From Phycisphaerae bacterium (GTDB lineage Bacteria; Planctomycetota; Phycisphaerae; UBA1845; Fen-1342), in NCBI GenBank assembly GCA_963675745.2, contig CAXXWX010000018.1:1-31243 (forward strand): a stretch of 31,243 nt of DNA. Reading direction: 5' to 3'. This document shows positions 9,155 through 19,031 of the stretch, in pieces. A model generated the notes under the pieces. The model did not search any database. It saw only the letters and a list, made by a program, of their open reading frames with translations, and was not told the origin of the DNA. Every line of letters begins with the position of its first letter. Positions within the stretch are counted from its first letter, which is position 1. Made by a program: the position numbers and the translations under genes.

Positions 9155-10723
9155 ATGCTGGTCGTACCGAGCACATCCCGCGTGAATAACCGACATCGAC
9201 TCGCTAAGGCGAGCCGTCAGGCTGAGATCCCCGTACGCCTCCACGTTGTCGGTGCCGAGCTCAGTCTAGCGACGATGTCGTGGTCGGCCTACTGGAAGCC
9301 GGTTCGGGAATACGTGGAGTACGATCGCCGACTGGTGCATCGGCTGGTCCAGCTCAAGAAGTCCTGGCGGTCCATCCTGCGCTTTCCGACCAGCATGCTT
9401 CACCTACGGATGTACTGCTGGCGGTACTTTCTGCTGTTGCATCAGACGCTGCAGATCGCGCGCACCGAGCCGGAGCGTGGCGATCCGATCCCCATGCTAC
9501 AGCGCATCGTCTCGTTCGAGTCGTTTCCAATCGAGGGTAGGGGACTGCCGGGGATCGCGGGCGGAGCGATGTCCAACCGACACCCGGTCTTCCTGCTCGG
9601 GCGTTTGGCGCCGAATCCTCCGCTGGCGACACCGCGGCACCTTCCGCTGGTTCTGCCACTTGGCCAGACAGATCCACACTACTGTTATCGCCAACTGCGT
9701 CTCTCGACGAAGATGGACAACAGCCTGCTCGTCTTTCCGGCGTCGAACATGTCTCAGCGGGCAGCGAGCTTCGGACCGATCGACCGTGCGGCGCGCTTGC
9801 TCAGCAGCAAGCCGGACCCACATTCCTATCCACGCGCCCGACTTCTTGCTCAGCGAGTCCTGATTCCCATGGCGATGGCGCAGCGCCGTGCCGAGGGGCG
9901 GTTTCGTAGCGGCGCCGTGTCGATACTCGATATCGGAGCGGGCACCGGTCACGTCGTGGCCAACGCTTGGCAGGAGGTGATGGCAAGTGGTCGCCTTGGA
10001 GCTCGGGTCAAGGCGTCACTACATTTCATCGACGCGACTGGACCGTGTGCCGGCCGGTCCTTCGGCTTGTCCCGCGAAGCGAACGGGATTGCCAGTATCG
10101 AGTGGACTACGGCTGACTATCGCACGCTGCTCGACGACGATGCTTGGTTGGACGCGCACCGTCCGATTGAATGGGCGTTCTTTTGTCGCGTCTTGTGTAA
10201 CGCGAGTACGATCACACTGGAGCACGTGGACGTCTGCGAAGAGGACGACAACCACGTGCGGGCGGACTCCAATCCGGCGCGATGCCTTGCCCCACACCGA
10301 CAACTTGATGGGCTGGCGGAGCTCGAGGTCCGCACGGTACGCAGACGCCTGGCAAACGGAATCGTGATGCCGCAGTGGTCTCTGACGAGCTATTTCGCCG
10401 CGATGAACGCCGCGAGTGCCCGCGACGTCGGCGTAGTCACTGACGATCAGTGCTGCATTCCGATTCGGCGCTTCAACCCGGCGGCCTTGATCACGGAGCG
10501 AGGCAAGAGCGTGCTGCATCAACTGCTAAACGTGGCGACCGCAACCGTGATCGAAGACCCTGACATCCTGCCAGCGGACCTCGTTGCGCATGCGCGGCAG
10601 TTCGGGCTCAACGAAGCCAGGATTATCCACTGCACGCAGGATGGCGTTCAGACCGAGGTCGAGCACTATATCGTTGCGAAGCAGAACATCGTGAAACACC
10701 TGCCCGGAGAGCGCCTATGGTAG
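9155..10723 (+). CDS. Uncharacterised protein with a class I SAM-methyltransferase-like domain
   Basis: 522 aa; ILDIGAGTGH motif I followed by LHFID; N-terminal half not recognised; alternative start at 9275. Confidence 0.65.
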   Translation: MLVVPSTSRVNNRHRLAKASRQAEIPVRLHVVGAELSLATMSWSAYWKPVREYVEYDRRLVHRLVQLKKSWRSILRFPTSMLHLRMYCWRYFLLLHQTLQIARTEPERGDPIPMLQRIVSFESFPIEGRGLPGIAGGAMSNRHPVFLLGRLAPNPPLATPRHLPLVLPLGQTDPHYCYRQLRLSTKMDNSLLVFPASNMSQRAASFGPIDRAARLLSSKPDPHSYPRARLLAQRVLIPMAMAQRRAEGRFRSGAVSILDIGAGTGHVVANAWQEVMASGRLGARVKASLHFIDATGPCAGRSFGLSREANGIASIEWTTADYRTLLDDDAWLDAHRPIEWAFFCRVLCNASTITLEHVDVCEEDDNHVRADSNPARCLAPHRQLDGLAELEVRTVRRRLANGIVMPQWSLTSYFAAMNAASARDVGVVTDDQCCIPIRRFNPAALITERGKSVLHQLLNVATATVIEDPDILPADLVAHARQFGLNEARIIHCTQDGVQTEVEHYIVAKQNIVKHLPGERLW

Positions 10724-11697
10724 AGGTCACTCTCCGTCAGCGAAAACCGCCAGTCTTGACGCCGTCGTCGTTGCCGTGTTTGCGGCAGGTGGCGACACTA
10801 AACGTCACCGAGGGCTGCGCGCTGGGTTGCAAGTACTGCTATATCCAGGGCTATTCGCATTACCCCGGCGCCGAGCGGGTCGTTCTGTATGAGAACCTGC
10901 CGGAACTCGTCGCGGCGGAGCTGCAACGAAAACGCCGCAAGCCGCGGCGCGTGTACTTCAGCCCGTCCAGCGATGCCTTTCAGTATCCGCCACAGATCCA
11001 GGACGTGTCGCTGAGGGTCATGCGCGTTCTGCTGGAGGCTGGCGTCGAGGTGGCGTTTCTCACGAAGGGCTTCGTGCGGCGGCCGGTTCTGGAGTTGTTT
11101 GCTGATCATGCCGACGCCGTCTTTGCCCAGATTGGGATCACGACGCTGGATCGCGGACTATGGCGGGCGATCGAGCCGTGCACGGCGCCGCCGGAGATGC
11201 GTATCGCGACAATCGACGCGCTGACCCGGATGGGCGTGCATACAACCGCCCGTCTCGACCCGCTGATTCCCGATCTCGCGGACACGGATGAGAATGTACT
11301 TCCGCTGCTGCGGACTCTAGCCAAGGCCGGCGTTCGCGACGCCGCTGCAAGTTACCTCTTCGTTCGGCCGCCGTTCCTGCGACAAGTCGCCTCGACGCTG
11401 GCAACAGTGGCGCCCGGGGCACCTTCGCCCGCGTCCTGGGCAACGCAGACATTTGCGGTCGGCGCCGGCGGCGGCCGGATGATTGGCCTCGATGAGCGAA
11501 GCCGCAGATTCGCTCGTTTGCAGGCACTGGGGGGCAGTGCCGGCGTTCGCATTCGGCCGTGTCGGTGCAAGAACCCCGAGTTGACCGATGAACCCTGCGC
11601 GATCGCCGGTCCTGCCAACAACGCCATACTTGACGTCCAGAATCAAGGCGAATTCACCTTCATGTCCCCGAACACCCAAGCATCGGTGTCTACGTAA
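10717..11697 (+). CDS. Radical SAM protein, spore-photoproduct-lyase-like family
   Basis: GCALGCKYCY (CxxxCxxC), FSPSSDAFQ, FLTKG, RLDPLIP; overlaps the upstream stop. Confidence 0.88.
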   Translation: MVEVTLRQRKPPVLTPSSLPCLRQVATLNVTEGCALGCKYCYIQGYSHYPGAERVVLYENLPELVAAELQRKRRKPRRVYFSPSSDAFQYPPQIQDVSLRVMRVLLEAGVEVAFLTKGFVRRPVLELFADHADAVFAQIGITTLDRGLWRAIEPCTAPPEMRIATIDALTRMGVHTTARLDPLIPDLADTDENVLPLLRTLAKAGVRDAAASYLFVRPPFLRQVASTLATVAPGAPSPASWATQTFAVGAGGGRMIGLDERSRRFARLQALGGSAGVRIRPCRCKNPELTDEPCAIAGPANNAILDVQNQGEFTFMSPNTQASVST

Positions 11698-11704
11698 ACG
11701 TCTG

Positions 11705-11793
11705 TCACGCATCAAGTAACGCGTCCGTCACGCGTTTGGGCAATCTCCTGGCGGACTCCGCAAAAAGTTCTAACCGTGTCCAGTCACTTCGAT
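11705..11793 (-). repeat. att/tail unit 1 (89 bp), encodes RSDWTRLELFAESARRLPKRVTDALLDA*
   Basis: Core GCAAAAAGTTCTAACCGTGTCCAGTCACTTCGAT; colinear without indels with units 2 and 3. Confidence 0.92.
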
Positions 11794-12038
11794 ACTGAAA
11801 AAACGCGATCGCCAGGGGGACCGGCATGTCGTTGTCTGCGCTTAACTTACGGTTACTGCCAGAATTCCAAACGGCGCAGCACAGACGACAGACGATTCGC
11901 GGCTGATGCGGCGAACTCCCTTTCTAGCAAGGACTTGTCGCAGTTCAAACGACGGGCGAGCGGTCTTCGCAAGGCCGATGCCTGGTTCGCGACTGCCACG
12001 GCGGTGTGCGCCAACGCCTATGGGGTTGGCGCCGCGAT

Positions 12039-12497
12039 CTACCGTGTCCAGACCGCCTCACCGATGACTGCGTCGCCATCCACCTGGGGCAGCGTGTCGG
12101 CCTGAGTGGACCAGATGTCCATGCCACGGCGTGCAAGAAAAGCGTGCAGTCGCGTGGCTTGATGTGAGCGTGTGGTGAAGTAGCCGCTCGAACACACCTT
12201 CAGCCGGAACTGGTCGGCATAGGGCTGCACGTAGTACTTGTCCGTGAAGGCGTAAACGACCACCTCGTATTCACCGGCCAGCGCGACCGCGTCAATCGTA
12301 CCTCCGCAGGCTCGGCCGGCGACAAGCAGCGGAAGCTCATCGGCTGGACGGCTCAGCACCACTAAACTCAGACTCGGTACCGCGTCATCGCTGCAGGCGT
12401 CGACGGCAACCGGCTCCCATAAGCAGCAACCGGTTGCCCCAAACCACGCCAGTGCCCCCAAGCCGGTCAGCATGATGGAATGTTGAATCTGTGACAT
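12039..12497 (-). CDS. Putative lipoprotein/secreted protein
   Basis: AGGGAGGT RBS before ATG 12497; hydrophobic signal ending ATGC (lipobox-like). Confidence 0.65.
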   Translation of the reverse strand: MSQIQHSIMLTGLGALAWFGATGCCLWEPVAVDACSDDAVPSLSLVVLSRPADELPLLVAGRACGGTIDAVALAGEYEVVVYAFTDKYYVQPYADQFRLKVCSSGYFTTRSHQATRLHAFLARRGMDIWSTQADTLPQVDGDAVIGEAVWTR

Positions 12498-12622
12498 TGC
12501 ATACCTCCCTTTGTAACTCCTGCGCCTCAGCACGAGGCGGCGAGGATCTGCTCATCTCCAGTTATCATCGCGCGGCGAGCTCCGCCACGTGATAACCCGA
12601 CGCAAATGGTCGACCCTCAAGG

Positions 12623-13999
12623 TCATGGCAACCACTCCGTATCACCAGCAGTCAATCGATGATCAGCCTCCAACAGTCCATGGGCACACGCCGCTCTGGG
12701 TCTAGCGAGCCCGAAGCGCTCCGGACATCGGGCATCGTATGCCGCCGTGGCCAGCGGTCGCAGATCCGAGCAGCGGTCGTCGAGAATGGCGCAGATGTTG
12801 GCGGCGAGAAGTCCGCCGGCAATCATGTTCGTACCAGGTAGTGTCAAGGCCGGATTGGCTGCGCAACTCGCGCTGTCGCGCTCTTCTGCCACTTTGTCCC
12901 GTAGCCCCGGAATCTGGTGCGCGAGACAGGCGGTGCGGCCGGGCAGACAGACTCGCACCTGTGTCGCCAGCGGCGCACTTCCGGCATCTACGAGCGGCAC
13001 ACCGTCCCGCAGACATTGCTCGCTGAGCCAGTAACGGGCAGCCCAGGTGTCCGGACAGGAAATACGCACGTGCGGCCGTGGCAGGTTACGCGGACGCGCT
13101 TCATACGGGATTGCGTACGGCCTGATCGAGGCGCCCCCAGCTACCGTGTCCGCAAGCCGGGCGGCGAAGGCGTGCGCCTTCGGCCGGCCTACGTCAGCGC
13201 TCGTGTAGGTGATCTGCAAGCCGATGTTCTCGGGCGCGACGTTGTCGAAATCGAACAGGTTCAGCGTGCAGCCTGGCCCAAGCAATGGCACCAGTGCTTC
13301 GACCGTGTGGCAGCCAATGCCGCCGAGCCCGATCACGTCGATCACTTTGCCGCGAAGCGCGACGGCCTGTCCCAGCGCGGGATCGTGCCGTTCGCTACCT
13401 GACATGTCCGGCATGTCGCAGGTCACTACGGGAGCGGGCGGGGCGACCGCGCGGACACGACCGGCGTGGAGAACCGCTTCCTGTAGGGCCAGCCCGGCGG
13501 CTATGCGTGAGATCGGGGAGAAGGGCATTCCAGCCGCACGCGAGCCCGCGTCGGCGCGCGCCGCCGGATCTGTCAGCGCCGATCCGGTCCACATGTTCAC
13601 GCGTGTCGAGCTCCATGTGACGGCCAGGCAGAGCGTTCCCTGAGACGTCGCCTGTCGTAGCCAGGTCTGCGCCGCAGACAGGTCGTTACTCAGGTCGATC
13701 ACGATGTCGGCCGCCGGCATCTGGCGCCAAACCGTCGCGGGTAGCCAACTCCCGGGTTCCTGACAGAACGACGAACCGTCAAGCTCCTTGGCGAGATCGT
13801 TGAAGTACTGGATCGCCCCACACAGCCATACACGCCCGAACCCGACGCCTGTGAGTCCGCGGCAGAGCGCCGCGGCCGGGTGGTACGGCATGACGTTGGC
13901 AGGGACGTCGCCGATCTTGATCACCACCGACGTACGGGCCACTCGATCGACGCTCACGCCGACATCGATGACGCGCTGCAAGGCTGGTGCAAGGGGCAT
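12623..13999 (-). CDS. ThiF/E1-like ubiquitin-activating enzyme with tandem degenerate + active adenylation domains
   Basis: C-half: VIGLGGIGC, FDFDNVAPENI, DVGRPKA, CPDTWAAR, PGRTAC, candidate catalytic SC. N-half has degenerate ThiF elements (LTGVGFGRV, PISRIAAGLALQEAV). Confidence 0.85.
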   Translation of the reverse strand: MPLAPALQRVIDVGVSVDRVARTSVVIKIGDVPANVMPYHPAAALCRGLTGVGFGRVWLCGAIQYFNDLAKELDGSSFCQEPGSWLPATVWRQMPAADIVIDLSNDLSAAQTWLRQATSQGTLCLAVTWSSTRVNMWTGSALTDPAARADAGSRAAGMPFSPISRIAAGLALQEAVLHAGRVRAVAPPAPVVTCDMPDMSGSERHDPALGQAVALRGKVIDVIGLGGIGCHTVEALVPLLGPGCTLNLFDFDNVAPENIGLQITYTSADVGRPKAHAFAARLADTVAGGASIRPYAIPYEARPRNLPRPHVRISCPDTWAARYWLSEQCLRDGVPLVDAGSAPLATQVRVCLPGRTACLAHQIPGLRDKVAEERDSASCAANPALTLPGTNMIAGGLLAANICAILDDRCSDLRPLATAAYDARCPERFGLARPRAACAHGLLEADHRLTAGDTEWLP

Positions 14000-14002
14000 G
14001 TC

Positions 14003-15898
14003 TCACCTCACTTGACGACGTCGTTCATTCGCGTCAGGAAGTCGAATCCGCTCCGAGACTTCCTGCTCCAGTTGCCTTCGCAGCGCCGCGCGCTCCGCCG
14101 TCGTAGGCGATCGGTCGCCGACTAGTGCGAGCTGCACTGGAGCTGCTTCCACGCGGCTTCGCCCACACGAACGACACCAGAGCTTCTTCGCACCATGAAT
14201 CGCAGACTCACCGGAGCCGTTCACGATCAGCGAGAAGGCGACAACACTGTTGACGCGCGCTCCGCGCTGTGTGAGCGTAGGTGCACCGGTGGGCGATCTC
14301 ACCAGGCATGACTGTCGCGAACAGCCGCAGCCAATGGCATCGTGTGCGACGCTCTGCGGATTCGGGTGAACCGCTGCGACGTGCTCGACGAAAACCGAAT
14401 TGAGGAACTCGACGTCGGTCGTCGACATGGCGCAGCCGCCGAGATGCCGATGAACGAAGACGATCGGGATGAGTCGGGCTCCTTGACTCTTGCCGAGCTG
14501 CCGAAACTCGCTCGCCGCCGCGAGTACTTGGTGGCCGGAGACTTCTACTGCATCCGACGCGACTTCCTGGCCTGGAAGGAGGATCATGGTCGTCACACGC
14601 TCTGGCTGTTTCTCGTCGGTGGCTCCGAGCAGGGCGTACTCCAGGTCGGGAGCGCCAAAGCCTCGCGTGAGCACGTCAGCGACGGCGAGACACTTCTCCC
14701 ACGCCAGCCAGTCCATCGTGAGCGTGGACGTTGAGCCAACGTGCAGTGCTGGTGGGACAGCTGAAACACGTGGGCGTGATAGTGGCTTGCTGGGCAGGGG
14801 GCGCCGACTTCTGGCCGCAACCGTCTGCGAGTGCGCGCGTCGCGTGGTTCTGCCGCTGGCAATGCGGGCAGCAGCGTCCAGGAACAACACGACGGCCTCG
14901 GCGTCGGTCCATCGGTCCTCGAGCAAATGCGCATACTGCTGCCGGTTTCCGATACACATCGCGCCTACCGTCGACGTGCCGGCCGTTGACAGGAACGCGG
15001 CAGCGCCGGGTGCCCGTTGTGGCTTGTTCGCAAGCCACTCGCGCCGGGTTTGCCCTTTGATGCGGAGACCCACGTAGAACCGGGCACGCGGGTCTTTCGG
15101 CAATCCCGGCACATACGATTCGGGGCCACGGACAAGCACGAAGCGCCCGTTGCGATACTGCAACTGGTGTCCGACCCCGGAGTAAACCACGCTGTACGCA
15201 CCTTCGGATCGCGGGTGATAGAACGAAAGGACGTCTTCGTATCCACGCTCAAGTTCGGCCGCGGAAATCACGCGGTGGTCAGGCCCACCAGCACGCATTT
15301 TCAGGACTCGCCGGGCTACGTTCCGTACGTGAGCAACGTACTCGGCCTGATGCAGCGGGCGCCTGTCGGGCTGCTGCATGTAGGTTGTTCCCCTGACCTC
15401 GGCGACCGGAATGGCGAAGGCCCAGTCAGCGCGCATCGGCTCCAGGGGAACGGCCAATCGGTTTCCCAGCATACAGGGCGTGCGGAACCAGGCCGCCAAC
15501 TCGTCGACCGTAAACCGTGCGCGCGAGCGGACCGAAGTCGACTGATGTACCGAATGTAATCGCTCGGCGAACGAATCCAGCCGCTGCACTACTTCGCCTG
15601 GACACTGCAGCACGGTGTCGTCGCGGGATTCAAGGTACATGAGATACGGAACCAGGTCGCGAGCACAGAACGCCAGTTCAGCCGGATTCCAGGCGCGATT
15701 CATGGCTGGTCTGTCCGGATCATCAATGAGGTTCCGGGCCGTCCAATCCAGGAGCGCCTGCGCGTGCGCTGAGAGAGATCCGATCCGGTGCCAGCGGACC
15801 GGCGAGTCAGACTCGGCCACCAGAACGTCATCGCCGATCAGGTAGACCGGCCTACGGTCCGCCACCTCGAGGAAGCTCATCCCGACCAAGCCGTGCAT
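14003..15898 (-). CDS. Multidomain protein with C-terminal JAB/MPN peptidase and possible E2-like domain
   Basis: LEYALLG...VFVHRHLGGCAMSTTD (JAMM-like E..HxH..S..D); central GAMCIGN resembles the E2 GxxCxG active-site motif; ATG 15898 with AGGAGAG RBS. Confidence 0.65.
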   Translation of the reverse strand: MHGLVGMSFLEVADRRPVYLIGDDVLVAESDSPVRWHRIGSLSAHAQALLDWTARNLIDDPDRPAMNRAWNPAELAFCARDLVPYLMYLESRDDTVLQCPGEVVQRLDSFAERLHSVHQSTSVRSRARFTVDELAAWFRTPCMLGNRLAVPLEPMRADWAFAIPVAEVRGTTYMQQPDRRPLHQAEYVAHVRNVARRVLKMRAGGPDHRVISAAELERGYEDVLSFYHPRSEGAYSVVYSGVGHQLQYRNGRFVLVRGPESYVPGLPKDPRARFYVGLRIKGQTRREWLANKPQRAPGAAAFLSTAGTSTVGAMCIGNRQQYAHLLEDRWTDAEAVVLFLDAAARIASGRTTRRAHSQTVAARSRRPLPSKPLSRPRVSAVPPALHVGSTSTLTMDWLAWEKCLAVADVLTRGFGAPDLEYALLGATDEKQPERVTTMILLPGQEVASDAVEVSGHQVLAAASEFRQLGKSQGARLIPIVFVHRHLGGCAMSTTDVEFLNSVFVEHVAAVHPNPQSVAHDAIGCGCSRQSCLVRSPTGAPTLTQRGARVNSVVAFSLIVNGSGESAIHGAKKLWCRSCGRSRVEAAPVQLALVGDRSPTTAERAALRRQLEQEVSERIRLPDANERRRQVR

Positions 15899-15909
15899 GA
15901 TCAGCTCTC

Positions 15910-16209
15910 CTATCGGATCCCACCGCGGTACGATTCCGAAATCACCACGGTGAGCACTTCGCAACCTGGCGTCGTGTCGCCGTTCGTGGCTATCGGCAGC
16001 GGACCATCAATCCCGAGTGGTGTGCCGGGTCGCTCCAGGTCGTCACCTGCGCGATAGAACTCGGCATCTAGCGGGCGCTTGCTGGAGAGCACGTCGACGA
16101 TCACCTTCGCGGCGTGCGACGTCGGCGCATCCCCCTGAGCCTGCTCAAAGCCGGACCACCCAAAGCCCGCAGCATCCGCGCCCGACGCCTACTCGCCGGC
16201 TGGAACCAC
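15910..16209 (-). CDS. Candidate ubiquitin-like protein ending ...YRGG-IR*; in-frame TAG at codon 7 if started at 16209
   Basis: AGGAGGT RBS + GTG 16209 in frame with ORF 15910-16104; TAG at 16189-16191; GG two residues before the stop; first gene of the JAB/E1 operon. Confidence 0.55.
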
Positions 16210-16392
16210 GACTACCTCCTCAGCCTCCTGATCCACGACCCAAAACCGAAAACCTGAGAATGCGATCGCCCTGCCCCCCAACCCAGAAGTGTCAACCTAC
16301 GACAGGACCGCACAGTTGGCTGCTTCACCCGGGCTGACGTTGCGCCCCCCTCCCGAACAGGCCCTTCTCGTCGCTGTGCTCCGACTGGCCCC

Positions 16393-16441
16393 GGCAGATT
16401 CAAGATCTCGCCTTGAATCTGCCCGACAGCCACGTTATGGT
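16393..16441 (+). promoter_or_regulatory. Promoter overlapped by a perfect 12-bp inverted repeat
   Basis: GGCAGATTCAAG-N7-CTTGAATCTGCC; TTGAAT-N17-TATGGT ending 7 nt before ATG 16449. Confidence 0.65.
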
Positions 16442-16448
16442 ACGGGCG

Positions 16449-17615
16449 ATGATCGACCGAGACTTGGCCCCAAAACTGCGAGCGGCGGCGAAGCAGGTGC
16501 CGGCGGTGACGCTGACCGGCCCGCGTCAGAGCGGGAAATCTACGCTCTGTCGCATGGTCTTCCCGAAGCACGCGTACGCCAACCTCGAGGCCCCCGACGT
16601 TCGTGCCTTCGCCACCAATGACCCGCGCGGCTTCCTGTCTCAGTTCAGCAAGGGCGCGATCATCGACGAGATCCAGCGTGTGCCCGAGCTCACGTCCTAT
16701 CTGCAGGGCCTGATCGATGAGGACGCTCAGCACGGCCGCTGGGTCCTGACCGGCTCGCAGAGCCTGACGATGATGGAGTCGGTCAGTCAGTCATTGGCTG
16801 GCCGAACTGCGGTGCTTCATCTGATGCCATTAGCCCGCAGCGAGTCCCGGCGATTCAGGCGGTACCCGAAATCGCTGGATGAAGCCCTCTTCACCGGCGG
16901 CTATCCGCGCATCCTGGATCAGCGACTTGAGGCTAGCGAGTGGCTCGGTTCGTACGTTCGGACGTACATCGAGCGCGACGTTCGTCTGATCTCGAATATC
17001 GGCGACCTCACCACGTTCCAGCGATTCGTCCAGCTGTGCGCCAGCCGGACGGCCCAACTGCTGAACCTCTCGTCGCTGGCGCTGGACGCCGGTGTTTCGC
17101 AACCAACCGCGAAGGCCTGGCTGTCGATCCTGGAAAGCACGTTCATTGCGTTTCGGTTGCAGCCGTATTTCGGGAACATCGGCAAGCGCCTGATCAAGAC
17201 GCCTAAGTTGCACTTCTACGATACGGGCTTGGTGTGCTGGTTGCTGGGAATCCGCGATCCATCGCAACTCCGCCTGCACCCGCTCCGCGGCGCCATCTTC
17301 GAAACGTGGGTTCTCTCGGAGATCCTCAAGCACCGGCTAAATCGCGGCGAGCACGCCGGTCTCTACTTCTACCGTGATCGACATGGTCTTGAAGCGGATG
17401 TCGTCATCGAGGATGGGCAGAGGCTGACGGTTGTGGAGGCAAAGTCCGGCCAGACAGCCACGACAGAGCTGGTTAACGCAGGTCGACAGGTCGCGGAAAT
17501 CCTCGGTGACGCGGCGCGAGTAGACCGCATCGTCGTGTTCGGCGGCGAACGCGGACAGCGACGGAGCAATGTGAGTATTCTGTCGTGGGATGCCGTGGAC
17601 CAGCAGAAGTGGTAG
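16449..17615 (+). CDS. AAA+ ATPase with DUF4143 domain (COG1373-like)
   Basis: GPRQSGKST, IIDEIQRVP, LTGSQ, GGYP, KTPKLHFYDTGL, C-terminal EAD...VEAKSG. Confidence 0.92.
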   Translation: MIDRDLAPKLRAAAKQVPAVTLTGPRQSGKSTLCRMVFPKHAYANLEAPDVRAFATNDPRGFLSQFSKGAIIDEIQRVPELTSYLQGLIDEDAQHGRWVLTGSQSLTMMESVSQSLAGRTAVLHLMPLARSESRRFRRYPKSLDEALFTGGYPRILDQRLEASEWLGSYVRTYIERDVRLISNIGDLTTFQRFVQLCASRTAQLLNLSSLALDAGVSQPTAKAWLSILESTFIAFRLQPYFGNIGKRLIKTPKLHFYDTGLVCWLLGIRDPSQLRLHPLRGAIFETWVLSEILKHRLNRGEHAGLYFYRDRHGLEADVVIEDGQRLTVVEAKSGQTATTELVNAGRQVAEILGDAARVDRIVVFGGERGQRRSNVSILSWDAVDQQKW

Positions 17616-17732
17616 ACGGCAAAGCGGCGGATAGGTCTTGAAGCTGCGAATGCCTGTTGCTCTCACCTCCGTAGCGTGATTGCAGAGGAGGTGAATTCGG
17701 AGTATGTTCGGGTCGAGTCTCACTCCGGCAGT

Positions 17733-19031
17733 TGAAACTATGAAGCGGAGGTCGCCCCAGGGTGTGAGGCATCCCGGGGCCGTGGTACACCGTGGTCCGT
17801 TGTCCCGGACCATTGTTTCCACACAAGGAGCCTCCCATGAACTTCGTCGGTGTCGACCTCCACAAGAAGACCGCCGTGGTGTGCGTTGTGAACCAGGCCC
17901 GCCAGATCCTGGCGACCCGTCGTCTGGCGTGTAGCGACCCGGACGGCATCCGGAAGTGGTTTGCCACCCTGGAGTCGTTTCAGGTCGTGGTCGAGGCTAC
18001 GGCCAGCTACGAATGGTTCGTGCAACTGGTCGAGCCGCTGGCGGACCGGGTGGTGCTGGCCCACCCTGGCAAGCTGCGGGTCATCGCAGAGACTACGCGC
18101 AAGAGCGACAAGCTCGACGCCAAGTGCTGGCTGAATTCCTCGCGCTCGACATGATTCCCGAAGCCTATCGGCCGGCGCCGCGACAGCGGGAGCACCGCCA
18201 GTGGGTTCGCCACCGTCAGTATCTGCGCGTCCGTGTTGCATCGATCCGGAACCGCCTGCGGCGGGCCTTCTCGAATTACAACGCGGATCGGCCGGCGCTG
18301 TTTACGGCGGCCGGACGGAAGGCAAGCGCGGCCATCGAGCTTTCAGGCGTCGACCGCTTCGCGGTGAACCAGCTCTGGCGTGAACTGGAGTTCTTTGAAG
18401 AGCAACTGGGCGAGGTGCACAAAGCTCTGCAGCAGTTCGCGGCAAAGGCGCCGTCGGCCGAGGCCGCGGCCCGCCGGTTGCTGCGGAGCATCCCGGGGGT
18501 CGGCGAGATCACCACGGAGGTGTTCCTGGCCGAGGTGGCCGACGTGCGCCGCTTCCGGTCGCAGAAGCGGGTCGTGGCCTACGCCGGGCTGGCGCCGACA
18601 GTTCGCGAATCGGCCGGTCGACGACACGAACTGGGCATTACGCACGCCGGTTCGCGGCTCCTGCGATGGGTGGTTTGCCAAGCGGCCTGGCAACTCGTGC
18701 TTCGGGATGCCCATTGGCGACGCATCTTCGAGGCGCTTGCCGCCCGGCGTGGTCGCAAGCGGGCGATCACGGCGGTGGCCCGCCGTTTGTTGTGCGTAAT
18801 GACGTCGATGGTGATGAACGGGCAGGAGTATCGGCACGCCGCCTGACCGGGTGACGCGAAGAAACGGGGATTGACTGGGCCGGGGCGTTCTCGGCCGACC
18901 ACGGAGAAGTCGAGTGAGGGACGTGGACGGAACGACTTTGCGGGCGACCCCGGCAGTGACCATGAGCGTGCGCCCTTCGCGACGCTCGGCGAGTTGAATG
19001 GTGGCGCCCGTCGCATTCGCTTTTCATGGGA
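17733..19031 (+). mobile_element. IS110-family element (possibly IS1111 type); ends approximate
   Basis: IS110 transposase, ~180-bp downstream non-coding region, weak subterminal inverted repeats (ATGAAGCGG at 17740; TCGCTTTTCAT ending 19027). Confidence 0.65.
17837..18846 (+). pseudogene. IS110 transposase with a 1-bp frameshift near 18124
   Basis: AAGGAG RBS; MNFVGVDLHK, VVEAT, KSDKLDA in one frame, continuing as VLAEFL...SIPGVG...YAGLAP..RESAG in another; adding one G (AAG GTG) restores the frame. Confidence 0.88.

Noticed and set aside
16189..16191. Pyrrolysine or recoded TAG
   Set aside because: TAG is used as a normal stop by other genes here and no pyl machinery is in the window
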